A DNA stretch of 63,923 nt, filler included, from Sluysia triapertura (Eukaryota), in the NCBI GenBank assembly GCA_046118255.1. It is 5 parts of 5 records of this genome, joined end to end, with 100 filler letters (N's around TTAATTAATTAA, not from the genome) between each part and the next. Parts side by side here need not be neighbours in the genome. Positions count along the whole stretch, not along the records: positions 1 to 11,924 come from JBJNIA010155826.1; positions 12,025 to 23,085 come from JBJNIA010189485.1; 3 more parts are not named here. The stretch is one strand, 5' to 3'. Positions 1 through 12,978 of the stretch are shown piece by piece (the first letter of the stretch is position 1; each line of letters opens with the position of its first letter). Under the pieces are notes generated by a model. The model had not been told where the DNA came from. It searched no databases and saw only the letters and a list, made by a program, of their open reading frames with translations. The position numbers were made by a program, and so were the translations under genes.

Positions 1-5
1 CTAAC

Positions 6-462
6 CTTCCAGAATCTTCTACTGTCTCATTGACACCCATATGAATATCTGATGGACTTAAAAAGCACGGATACATTCCTAATAATGAAGATCCTTAATA
101 AAAAAAGAAATAAATTTTTTAAATATCATTTTTATTCAATATTTCCCAATTTTTATATCTTAGAGAATACAAACAACTACCATTTTAACGTCAATTTACC
201 GCAGCGATAGAATAAGAACTTATAGTACAATCGTATAAAAATTCACTTATAACTTTTAATTAAATGATTTAAATGTTAAAACGATTTGTAAATATAGATC
301 TATAAAAATGCCTAAACTCGATTTGATATCTCGAAATGTTTTATTCAAATAAGAACTTATTATTGATCGTTATGCAATTGTTAATTCTTCATTAATCGAA
401 TACCTGGGAATTTCAAAATCGAATTTTGTAAATTATAATTAATAATAATAATAATAATAATA

Positions 463-504
<42 letters not shown>

Positions 505-3016
505 CAATAAAATAATGAGCCACACTGTCCGCTATTAGTTTCATAGATAATAGTTACTAATGCCTTACAAACATGAATAACCGAATATTTCGGAACAGAA
601 CAATTTTAATATTAAAATATTTCATCATAATTAGCTTCAATATTTGTAACAAGTTATTAATAAAATTGATAAAATTCCTTTCAAATTCAACCAATGTTTG
701 AAATGTGTGATTTTCTATCTTTAGCATAAAATTCCTTCATATTCATTTTTCAGAAGCATTAAATAAAATTTTTCGAAATAAATTTCATCATTATTCAAAA
801 AATAACGCGAAATGTATAGATGAAATTGAACATAACATTCTTTTAAAAATTAAGAAAATAATATTAAAACAAAATAATGTTTATTTTCTAATTCGAGGAT
901 CTTAAAATTAGACTACCAGAAAAATTTATTTAGGTTGTGATAAAAATTACTTAAATTGTTTTAACAAATATTAATCAATATTATTACTGATATTTCACTT
1001 TATAATTTTATCAGTAGGTTTTATTCGGAATCTGAGTCAATTTAGAAATTATATGAGTCAAGTTACTGTTAGACTTCATGAGATGGACTGACCGTGAATC
1101 AAAACCGGGATCTCTCGCTCCGCAGTTCGATGAATTGAAAACTTTTATTTTACAAAAAAAAACAAGTATGTACATAATCAAATAATATGGTACAATAAAT
1201 ATAAATAAATGGATCATATTTATATAAAAAGTAGTTAATGTAATAAGGCTGATACTGATTGTCCATTTAAGAAATTGTTGTTGAACTATGGGTCCATTGA
1301 GAAGTCAGAAAGAAAGATATTAAGTCACAATCGCACCAATGATAAATCACAGACATACAATTTAGTGGATGAAATAAAGAAATGAGAACATAGGAAAATA
1401 AAGGACAAAAATAAAAGAATAGAAGAAAGAAATAAAAACCACTGAATGCAAAATGAAAAGAAGAAAGAAATGAAAATGAAAATGTGAAAGAGAATATAAG
1501 TTATTGTATAATATATTGATTATTCCCAAAAACCCAAAGATTACAGATTAAAAACCTACAAGATAGAGCTATCAGCCCCGTCCAACAATTTTATTTTATT
1601 ATAGTCAATATTACCATCGTGGCACTTTAGGCCTTTTACCCCAACATTACCTTACAATTAGTAGTGTTGGTGGAGATTGGTTCTGGTTGCCATTGATGAA
1701 AGAAATGAAAGAACAGTTTAGATATTTTAAATTTAATCAGTCTTAGATCCATCATGAAGTAATTTATATTAACTAAGATCGAATATAAATTGGCCAATGA
1801 TGGGCCAATAACTTTTAATAGAACTTTTCAAGATTGATGTTTTAATGTAGAGTAAATTTTAATTTGAATCAATTAAGTTATTTTTAGAAATAATTTATTA
1901 TTTTTATTAATATATAAACAAATTTAAATTTTACGTAAACATTGACTAGCTAAGAAATGATTTCTTTCATATCTACAAATGTATGGTGATTATATCTTGA
2001 TTTTCCTTCAAATGATAGTTTGCAAACTTTGCCATATTTTTCTTTTTGTATTTTCGTTGATATCTTCATAATCTTTTAGTTTATTATTTAAGCGTGCCAT
2101 ATTCACATCTATATTTCTTGCATTCTATTTAATTTCTGATTTTTGAACGTTTATTTATTTATTTATTGTTTTATTGTAAGATTATTCCGATGATTTTTAG
2201 ATTTATTTAAAAATTGAATTTATATTTTTCTGTTATTTTATAATCTCATATTATTTCAATATTAAAATATTTTGCTTAACTTCGTATTATAACGATATTC
2301 TCATATTATTCTAATTATTTGACACTGAAAAATCCGGTAAGTGATAATTCGATATATAATGTTTGAATAAATTTTGTGACAATTATGTGTTTAAAATTAT
2401 TTGTTTTATTGATAAAAGAACTGCAATAATATACATTGAATCTTTGTGATATGCCACTATTACCAAACTAGATGAATGGATCAATACAAGATTGATTTCT
2501 TTAAAATGACCTTGGAGAAAAATATCGCTAAAGCATGACACTCTGTTATGACTACATAGTAAATATTCGCTTTGTTTATGATTATTATATATATAGAAAT
2601 TATTTTAACAATCGATCAAAATATTTTCCGCATTATTATTATTATTAAACTCACCTATTTCAGTCGATATTCTAGTTCTTGTACTAAGTTTTTCAAATAT
2701 CATCGCAATAGAAGTACCCTTTAAAGGAGAATAATCTATATACTTATTTTTAGTAATAATAATAATAATAGAAGTAAATTAAATACAAACTTTTCCTCTT
2801 GATTTATAAATAGCTTTAAGATCAGCAGCTGTCCAAAGAAAATGATGTATTTCATCTTTTGTAAAATCTCTTAATGTTAAGAAATCTTTTCCTACCAAAG
2901 TATGACTATTTTAATTATATATCTACATAAATGTAAAAATATTACAGTGATTCAAATAATAATTGTGGTGATAACTTTAGTCGATGAAATAATTTGAGAT
3001 TTCGTGAAACAATCAT
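6..3016 (-). CDS. OTC: Ornithine carbamoyltransferase, mitochondrial; first four exons (3016-2946, 2905-2791, ~2742-2655, 93-6), continues off the window start
   Basis: Spliced translation [24 protein letters not shown]|[38 protein letters not shown]|[30 protein letters not shown]|[29 protein letters not shown]. It contains the carbamoyl-phosphate-binding STRT motif and closely parallels human OTC (GRDLLTLKNF..MIFEKRSTRTRLSTETG..HPCFL..DIHLGVNE). GT-AG introns have compatible phases and the N-terminus is basic, like a targeting peptide. The exact exon 2/3 junction is ambiguous by a few nt. Confidence 0.95.
440..503. repeat. (AAT)n microsatellite in OTC intron 3
   Basis: Direct tandem aat repeats with one slip. 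Confidence 0.9.
1062..1637 (-). mobile_element. tRNA-containing interspersed repeat, split variant (tRNA-like module interrupted by ~430 nt)
   Basis: Leader plus GGGCTGATAGCTC at 1637-1566 and the 3' half CATCGAACTGCGGAGCGAGAGATCCCGGTTTTGATTCACGGTCAGTCCA at 1132-1084 both match the intact copy at 5463-5614. The intervening block aligns by eye with 22530-22980. Confidence 0.75.
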
Positions 3017-5462
3017 GTTAAAACAATTTATACTATTTTTAGAAAATTACCTTAAAAAAAATGTAATATTTATATAGATTTTAAACATAATTTATAAAAT
3101 GTTTATTTAAATAATATTTTTGTTAAAAGAAATTAATAACAATTCTTGAAAGATTCGATTTTTAAATACGTAGTTATTATCTTAAGTATATAATTCAACA
3201 AACTTTAGATTATATTTTTAGATTAAAATTTGAAAATATTAGATTTATAAAATTTCATATTTTAATTTATTTAAATAAAATTTTTTTATAAAGTTATTAT
3301 CTAATAAAAACTACAAGAAGTTGAATTACCAATAATTATTTACGATCAATAATTGCCTAATTATTTTGAATGTTACAAATATTAATAAATTGTAACTATA
3401 TTAGAAGGATAGATATTATTTTGTTGATTTTGCGTATAATTTCTTTCTGCAATTAAAATTTTTTTATATAAAATTTGCTGCATCACATAATACGGCGTTA
3501 GTTTTTAATATTATAACTTATTGATTTAAAATAGTTGTGCCTTAATTTTAAATTAATAACAACTCAACAACAAATTTAAATTAGTCTGAAATCTCGATAT
3601 ATTTTTAATATTAAATTAAGTATAAATTATTACAATCAAATATCCTTTAACAATAATACAAATCTATTAAATATAATATAACACTCAAATCCAGAACTGA
3701 CGCAACGTAAATAAAATATTTGTACGCCTATTAAAAAATGAAAATAACAAAAACTACGTTAACTAACACTAAAATGTTTAATCAAATGTCAAATATTAAA
3801 GTTCCAATCGTAGTTGTTGCCACTATAACAATGAAGCAGCGTTCGTACATTTATTAAATCATACATTATTAATAAATGATTTCAATTATAATTTAATTAT
3901 TCACACAATGAAATGATAATAAATAGTCAAAAATATTTTTTAAACAAAATCGATATATTGCTCTGTTGCTGTCAGTGTGTATTATGGTAAATGCTTAAGT
4001 TTATATACCAAAATCTGTTATTAACCTTGACCTACATAAATATTTAGCTTCAACAAACAAACGATTTATTTAGTATTTTAATTTAATAATTTCTCGTTAG
4101 TATTAATTTTCTTTTTTAAATAATATAAATTTTCATTTTTAAACAATATAAATAATTTACCGATACTTCCACAATAATAATCATTAAACCAAAAATTAAA
4201 TAATAAGATTTGTCATAATTTGTGACAAATTAAATCATTAATCAATAAAATCGATATAAATAAATGATTCATTATAATAGCCATTTTACAATAATACTTA
4301 ATCAATGGTCCACTTTAGCATTTATAAATTAACTTTATTTATCGAATATTTAAAATTTAAAAGAGTTATGATGACAACCTAACAATTTTAAAAATAATTA
4401 TTTTTGTGATTTATATGCTAATTTTTTTGTAAAAGTGTAAATTACAATAAAAAAATAGAATTTCAATTAAATTTAAAAATATCCTTATAACCTAAAAATA
4501 AATAGTAGAAAATAAAAATGGAATCTATTATAATAAAAATCTATTATATTCCGATTATGAAAATTTATTAAAATTTTAAGAAAATACTTTATTAATTAAT
4601 AAATGAAATGAGAAAATTTTGCATATATTGAAAGAACACCGTTAATAACATATGTTGGATATAGATTATCACGGTAAATCTTACTTTTTGAAAATTGTAA
4701 TCTTTTGGGCGAAATTCGAAATATCATCAATGAATAAATTATTCACCGATTTATGAGAATTTTGAATTTTCAGTCTATATTTGTAAAGAATATAAAGCAT
4801 TTGAATATAAACTTCTAGAATCTATTTCCCAAATGTTTTTCGATATTATTTTAAATTTTTCTTCCATGATGGCTAATATCATCACATTGCTAATATCATC
4901 AAGTTGCTGTTCGATGCGTTACATTCACATAAATGCATAGGAATGCGCTAAAGAAATTTTTTTCGTATGTATCTACAAAATATTTCATTGTAAAGTTCTT
5001 AGTTTCTTTATACGTTGATGTATAAATAATATAATGAGGGAGTTATGTAAGTGTTCTCAGAGATGATGTTGAGGCGGAATAGAAAAAGCGATATCACTGA
5101 AACTAATTGTGATATTGATAAGATCAATTATAGCAGTTTATGGGTTGGTTATTTTATTTTGAGTTTTGTGGTTTGCGTAATATGAGATGAGGTTACAAAG
5201 TATAGGAAATAGTAGTGGGTGAATTTTATGTAAATTTGTGATTGTACGACTGGGACACCACACTGCACATCGTTTCGTTCAATGTAATTCTTGGTTAACG
5301 ATCCCAATAATTTTGTTGTGAAATTATACAGTTAGTTTTTCATCACATTTATCACTGTAATCTATAATTAACAAACGAAACAAACTCAATTCCTTTAACG
5401 TTAATCAGACGTCAATGACAGACATGAATAAAGAAACCGTAGAAGACAAAATGATTGATATA

Positions 5463-5625
5463 AAGGCCTAAAGTGCCTTAAAATAAAGAGTGTAATTGAC
5501 TAAAATAAAACGAAATTGTTAGACTGGACTGACGGCTCAGTGATCAGAGCATCGAACTGCACAGCTGTGAAGCGAGAAGGTCCTGGGTTAGAATCCTGAT
5601 CAGTCCATTTTTTTGATATCTAGCA
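5463..5625 (+). mobile_element. tRNA-derived (Cys/Ala-like) repeat, most intact copy; tRNA-like module 5526-5607
   Basis: GGACTGA...TCAGTCC-A acceptor stem, A-box-like GGCTCAGTGA, B-box-like GGTTAGAATCC and an oligo-T terminator. The anticodon arm is disrupted and there are several diverged copies in the window, so this is a repeat rather than a functional tRNA. Confidence 0.8.
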
Positions 5626-8600
5626 GAATGAATAATTTAATGAATTTTCTAGAAAAGCACTGTAATAAATAAATAAATAAGATAATAAATAAAAATAAGA
5701 TAAAAAAATTAAGAAAATGGAGACGATGTTTCTTTAATTTTACGTATGAAAGATTTCTGGATTACCTAAATAAAAATTAGGAAGTAGAATTAGAAATGTT
5801 TATCTAAAATAATACTAGAAAACAATGGAAATCTAATTAACACACATTGGAATGAAAAACTGAAGAAATAAAACACTAAATAATATTAGAGCCAAATAAT
5901 AATAATGTTTAGTGAAGAATAGGATTCAGAAATTGAAAGTGAGTCTGAACCAATAATTGCCCACTATAATAAATTATTTTAAATTACTTAGTTTTCTTGT
6001 GATGCAAGGCTTACACACTTAAGGGCTTGTTAAAGTTTACGCAGGTCACTTAATTTAAATCAATAAGACAATAGCACAAATATCTTAACAAGAAATTAAC
6101 AATTGAAATTTTTTTATAAATTGTCACAGTAAACAAATAAAACAAGTGGCATTCAACCTCAAATAAGTATAAAATTTGATACTGAAAACTGCAGTGAGTC
6201 AAGACGCAACCGAATAAGAGTTATGAATAAATACTATTCACTTTATTTTATTCCATTTCTTGAAATAATGTCGGATAATCATCAAATTCATCGAGTAACC
6301 GAACTTAATCATGCTTATAACTAATAAAGCAGATAAAAACCCTCAATTATCGTTTCGCTTATTAATATTATTATATTGTTATTATCAAGATATTTTAGTG
6401 TTATTGATGCTTGAAAATAATTTTATAACTCTAGATGTTTTCACCTTCACTATTCTTTCAATAATATTTTTTTAATAATTATTACTTAAGATGAGCATAT
6501 AAGCGTATAACTTAAAGAATTAAATACGATTCTACAATAATTTTCTAATTTTATTATTTTTTGTCTGAAAGTTATTTTGCATACCTAGAATCATTATTCA
6601 TTCAAATTTATTTTAAAGTAATTTATAATGGCCATAAGAGAAAAAAATTTTGCAACACATGTTTTATAAAAATTTAATCAAATCATGACCATTTATAAAC
6701 TAAAAATAATATAATAATAATATAATATCGAATCATAGAAACAAAGTTTACAGTATTTAAGTTTGCGTATAAAAATATCTAATATAAAAATGTCAATTCA
6801 AAAAAAATTTAAAAATCAAAAAACTATATAAAAAAAGTAGAAAATCAAAATTTAAAACAGCTACTGAAAATTTAACAGTACTCATGTCTTATAAGAAAAT
6901 AGTATGTGTATTAATACATTTTTAAAATTAGATTTAAATTTAAAATATCATTTTCTTTTGAATAATTACAGTAGTATTTTGATATCAGATATGCTACTAG
7001 ATTTCGAAGAGACTACAGAACACTTGAATTCAATTATATAACTTATTTACAACTCCTTAAACTATTGGTATATTGATTTACTTGTCGGACCTTGTCTAAC
7101 AGATAACAGTGCCTACTCATGCAACTAAAAGCAAAGCATAAGATGCAATTTGTAATAAGTTATAGTTTTATCAACACACCTATTGAAATGATTATAATAC
7201 CAAATATCAGAACAAATACCGGCAAATAAAATGAGACATCTAGCCAATCAACTTGAAATAAACACCACTTGAGACTAAATTTAGCGTTTATGATTCGAAG
7301 ACAAAACAAAATACTCAAATATTATTTCATATGCAATTAATTATTTAAAATATTAAAAACTTGCTAAACTTTTCATAATTATTATTTTATATATTTCATG
7401 ATTAAAACTTAACCACTTTTAGAATGACTGACACATACAATAATATCAACGTATAAGAAATGAGCGGAAATTAATTTTATTATTCTAAGGCATCCATGCT
7501 AGATAGGATAAGCTGAATAGTTAATATCACTTAATTCTTGTTTAAACGAGATAATATTTAAAGATTATAATATGTTTACTAAATCAAATTCAATAAAAAT
7601 CTGTTCACATGGCTTAAATATTGCATTCGAAATTGTATATTAATAGAATAAACATATTTATAAAATAATGTTTGAATAAAATATGGAAATTTATTTACTG
7701 TGGTGGTTCAATTCAAATGCACTATCTCTCACTAAACATACAATCACCAAACAACTCATTAAAAATTTAATAGTCCCATGTTCTTAGATTATCAAATAGT
7801 TCTTTGTACATTCTGTATTTCAAACCTTACATAACTACTTCATTCACAATATTATTCATTAAAGCATTTCGACTTTAAACCATTTAATGTAACATTTGTA
7901 TTAAACAACAATATGCAATCATCCTCATTCTTAAGTGTTTCATATTTCATATGGCCTTATTGCTTGACGGAGTTCATTATCATTCCACACTTTAAACTAC
8001 CATAACTTTATAAATTCGAACTTAGTTAACTACTCAAATAACGTTACCTAATTCTTAAACATATAAAAATAAATAAATAAATAAATAATAATAAAAAATT
8101 AATTTAATAAATCTAGGCCTTGCATTATTATGCTGCTAAACCAATGAAATACGAATTGACTATGTTAGCTGCTAAATCATATTTCATTGGAACAACCTTA
8201 TCAAAAAATTTTCGTGAGCATGCAGAAATTGGTTTAGAAAGTTTTCACTAATACTAAACTGTTTAGAAAATAAAATTTATGATGGAAAGTGAAAATTTGG
8301 AAAAATTTAGTTTCATTAAATCCCCTGCAGAATTATACAAAGTTATATTCATAAGACTTATATTGATGAATTGGTGTCATTTCGCTGGACGAAGAAGAGT
8401 CCTTTTGCTGCCAGTTTAAGAAGACAATTTAATTAATTAATTAAAAGAAATCTTATAGATATCATATTTTATACAAAATTCATATTCAGTGATGCTTATT
8501 TAGTTTAATACCACACTTGATTTTCTTCTTACTCTACATTCAGTACGCTAAATTCATGTTTAATAACGAATTTTAATTTTAATTCTCGATTAAATTCAAA

Positions 8601-9529
8601 ATACCTGCAAAAGTGAGTATCATTTTGTCACTTGTTTAACATTGAATAAATTTTAATGAATGTAAATTATAATCTAAAATACTTTTTTCTTGCTACTAAA
8701 ATTGTTTTAAATCAGTTGTTTAAGCAGATCGATTCACATGATGACGATTTGGCGTTAATTGACGAATTGACAGTGCATAATAGTGAGGAAGATAATGAAG
8801 ATCAATATAAGTTACCTGAGGTTTTTAAGGAAGAATGAAGTGAAAAAAACAAACAAAATATGAATTTTTATGCTCAAAATACTAACAATTCATTATTCTG
8901 CGGAAAATTGGTGACAATTACTATGATTCATCAAAAATTTTAAACAATCCTTTTTTATGTTATATTTTTAATGAAATCCAAACGTATTATAATTGATGAA
9001 GTTGTTTATTATTCTTTTACTTTCTTCAGAGTGTAGATCAAGATCCCATTAAAGTTATATCGTATTATTGGGCCTAGTATTAATCAAAGATGATTTTACT
9101 GAAATTTATAAAAGGAAAATAATTTAAGTCTGGGATAGGAGCTGAAATAAATTCTGACCAATTCTAATCATTCGACTTTGAGATTAAAATTATTATGAAT
9201 GTTATAAAACACAGATTAAATTGAAATGGTTGAGAATAGATTCTCATACGACGTATCTCTCGGATGAACAAAATTCTGTCATGGAATTATTAAATTTTAT
9301 TTTAATTCATACCAATAATATTTTCAAGAATATATTATAAGAATAAAGAACATTATCTTTTAGTACATAATTCACAGTGATATTAGTCTTATACGAAAAT
9401 TTTAAGTAATATAAATGAAACTCTTTCTAAATTAATAATTGCACTTTGTTCGTAACATCACCGTACTATTCCATTGCACTGAAACTAATTTGTAAATGTT
9501 CTGTAACACCACTCAAAACAATCCCATCA

Positions 9530-9610
9530 AAAATGGTATAATGAAGACACATTAGAAAACTTGTATACATACATGCCAGAAAATATGCAACATTGTATTG
9601 AAAAATTAAA
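9530..9610 (+). mobile_element. Possible Tc1-like transposase C-terminal remnant
   Basis: WYNEDTLENLYTYMPENMQHCIEK resembles the Tc1 tail (LxxLxxSMPxRxxxxI). Short and degenerate. Confidence 0.3.
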
Positions 9611-9654
9611 ACTTTAAAAATTTCCATGTTCTATTCAAAATATATTTTTTTCTC

Positions 9655-11124
9655 TTATAATAGTGTTAACTTAATACCGAACATCTTCACAACAGATTTA
9701 ATTCCTACTAAACAAGTACCAAACAAGCCTATGTAATATAATGTAGTCCAACAACGACATAACGTGTCAAAAGAAATCGGAGAACCCGATTTTTGAAACG
9801 AATTTCGAGCAATTTGAAGAACAAAATTTCTTCGCCTTTCAAAATCAGTTTCATTATCCATACCTGGCCAATTAAACTGAAAAATTGATAGCGGACCTAA
9901 CAATAATGCCAGAGCCATAACATGACTACTTGGTCGCCAATCAAACAACTGGGTCCAAATTTTAGGCTGACAACCTTCGATATCATTGGCTAATATATTA
10001 TGGATTTCATCTGGAAAACGAGTTTCAATAAATGACTTTGGTTTTTTAATCGTATCCATTTTTATTGAGAGAAAATCATTTTTCTTTATAAACCATTGAT
10101 ACAATGCCCACCGAATTTCCATTTGAGATGGGGGCATTGACGAACCAAATATCTAAATACAAAAGTATGTAATCAATAATCAACAGCAACAATAATAATA
10201 ATAATAAGCTTCTCAAAAGTTTTTGCACACAGACTATAAGGGCATTGAATCCAAGATTAGATTCAGAATTGATTGTGATTGCCCCACGTTACTACATGGA
10301 GGATAAAGTTTTAATCAATAGGTACGTCAGGAATTCTGACCCTTCAGTGGATTTAACATATGTTCCAAATAGGTAATATTGGTTTTCATATAGATAATAT
10401 AACTAATAGCGAAGGGTGGTATGCGAATGCACTTATGATGATCTTCATGATTGAAATAAACAACCAAATGCGCAACCACTTAATAAGGATATGTTTTTAA
10501 TGGGATGTTTGGGATTAAAATTATATCCACAAAAAAAGGATCCATAGATCAGGAGAGATATTGCTAATTCGAAAGTAAGAGAATAATATACAGTAACCGA
10601 TATTGAATTTTGAGAAATTTTGAAATTTTAAGCAAAAATAACAGATACAGGATTCACATTTAGCAAAATACAAAAAGCCAATATTGACAACTTTGTAACT
10701 AACACAAATAATATAAGGTATTCGTTAAAACATTGTAAGTTTATAATTATAACTGAATATCAAGCACTATTTTGGTTAAATAAGTAACATACCAATACCC
10801 ACAAATCAAGGCGGATTGATGTCAGTATGTAAGACAGTTCCAATTGACATGGGAGTATAAATGGGCAAGGATACACCTGACACACTTATATGTTCAAGTG
10901 TTTTATTTTATTACAATTTGTATATAAGAAATTATAGATAAGAATTTTTTGAACATTTAGATCTGTTGTTCTTAACTTTTTGAAACCTATATTCTAACTT
11001 GACTGCACCTCATCAAACTTATCAGCAAAAATCTGGTTAATACACTCATGCAGTTTGTCGAAGAAACGAATACTAATTTCCTTTAATTCATCACGATTAA
11101 TCATATAAGTTATAGGTGTAAATC
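9655..11124 (-). CDS. BACK-domain-like (probably BTB-BACK) protein with C-terminal hydrophobic segment; 3' exons 11124-11009, 10876-10799, 10152-9655
   Basis: Three GT-AG exons join in frame: ..KLHECINQIFADKFDE|VYPCPFILPCQLELSYILTSIRLDLW|IFGSSMPPSQMEIRWALYQWF.. This fits the BACK pattern C..FI...F.EV....F..L....L..IL.S..L....E..+..A...W. The last exon contains ORF 9655-10137. The 5' exons were not resolved. Confidence 0.6.
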
Positions 11125-11924
11125 CTTAAATAAAGAAATAAACGCTTTTTAGCGAGTGTGATAACTTATTTTGATATTCATGGAAAGCTGTAAACCAAAA
11201 ACAAATGATTGTTACAAAAAGTACCTATTGAAATTTGATATTCTTATGATTTATAAAATATTCAAATTAACAAATGTTATATCTCGTTAAAAGTTGGTTT
11301 TATTTTGAGATTCAAAAGATGTATAAAATTGATTTAGAAAATAGTTTGCTGTTTATTCAGTCATTATGAAAATGAAAGCTCTGTTGGCGAAACTTTGAGA
11401 CAACATCGCACCATAAAAAAGCTAAATCGAAAGGTGTCAAATAAAACAAATGTGGAAAAATTAGTAGACAAGTTCTAAATTTCATTCACTTTGTACGACC
11501 ACTGGAGGCGTTAGAAGCTACAGATTTTTACATTTGCAAAATAAATATTAAATTCAATAATTTAAATAAGGTGAAAATTTAATAATAATAATAATAATGT
11601 AAGAGTAATAAGAGCACAGATAACTTTTTCGTTGAATAAATTATAGAAATTAAATTGTAAAATATTAAGAATAAATATTAATTAAAAAAAATTATTATTT
11701 TAAAATTTAATTTGAACTTTAAACAATAATTTGTTATTTATGAAAAAAAATAATCAGTAGAATTTAATTTGTTACTTTTATTAATCAACTAAATAAATTA
11801 TTACAATTAAGCACACGTATATATTGTCACACAGAAAAATATTTGTAAACTTAAAGATCTTTTTAAAATTGATCAATAATCAATAATTGTTTACTATAGA
11901 ATCTTTTATTTTGGTCAAAATTTC

Positions 11925-12024
11925 NNNNNNNNNNNNNNNNNNNNNNNNNNNNNNNNNNNNNNNNNNNNTTAATTAATTAANNNNNNNNNNNNNNNNNNNN
12001 NNNNNNNNNNNNNNNNNNNNNNNN
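11925..12024. other. Artificial contig spacer
   Basis: N44-TTAATTAATTAA-N44, a palindrome with stops in all six frames. Confidence 0.98.
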
Positions 12025-12978
12025 TTTTTACATTTTATTAAAATAAAATATGAGGTATTTAATATTAAAGTCAATTTATATATTATCAAGAAAACCAAAG
12101 TACATAAATGAAAACGATGATGGTGATGATAACGATATTAATTCTATTCGTAGTGAGAAAATAGAAGTAAAAAAAATTATATAGAAAAAATATTAAATTT
12201 ATAATATAATAATAGTAGTAATAATAATAATTATTATTATTATGTGACAACCATTGTCTATTTAAGACAAGTTAAATTTACTTACTATTAAAGACTTTTA
12301 TATTAAAATTAAGATTTATTAAATATAATATTATTCGAAAATTTTAACATGGATTAATTCAATATAATATTTTATTGTATTTTTCTAAGTACTAAATATT
12401 TATATAATGTTTGTTTTAATAAATTAATTAAATCAATATGAAATTGAAAAAAAGTGTTAAAATTATATAGAAAATTATTTAAAAAATGTAAATATATTAA
12501 ATAATAATAATATTTTTTTACTGATAATAAAATTTAATCAATAGTATAAAATTTAAAAAAAGCAGAATAATTATTTTAATATGCATTATAAGTATGCTTT
12601 ATGTGAATATGTATAATATTGTTGAATTTGAAATCATTATTACTTGCAATAGACATCTAACTCTCTTAGATATGTAAATTAATTATTCGATAAATATGCA
12701 AACATTATTTATTACAAAATAATCATTACTATAATGATAATATTATTAATAAAGACGTAGAAAAATTGTAGAATTTAAATTGCAAAATTATCTCAAAAAA
12801 AATAAATTCTAATATTTCTTTTTTGTTTTTACATTGATTATTATAAAATAAGAAATTTATATTAATTTTGTTTATTAATTAAATGACTGATAATTTATTA
12901 AGTACTAAGGTTTGATGGTATATTGGTAATGGAGACAACTATTCAACCTCAACTGACACATAATACATTTATTATTTA

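Noticed and set aside
1011-1217. ORFs 1011-1217, 22482-22676 and 22826-23008 as genes
   Set aside because: Chance frames through the tRNA-containing repeat.
5526-5607. Functional tRNA gene
   Set aside because: The anticodon stem does not pair, the loop has extra bases, the T-loop is altered, and several diverged copies share non-tRNA flanks.
8115-9300. Coding-like decayed sequence including ORF 8656-8838
   Set aside because: Multiple stops and no diagnostic motif; probably an old TE but the family cannot be supported.
11969-11980. Recurrent TTAATTAATTAA palindrome as a biological repeat or CRISPR-like unit
   Set aside because: Always centred in exactly 88 Ns; an assembly linker.
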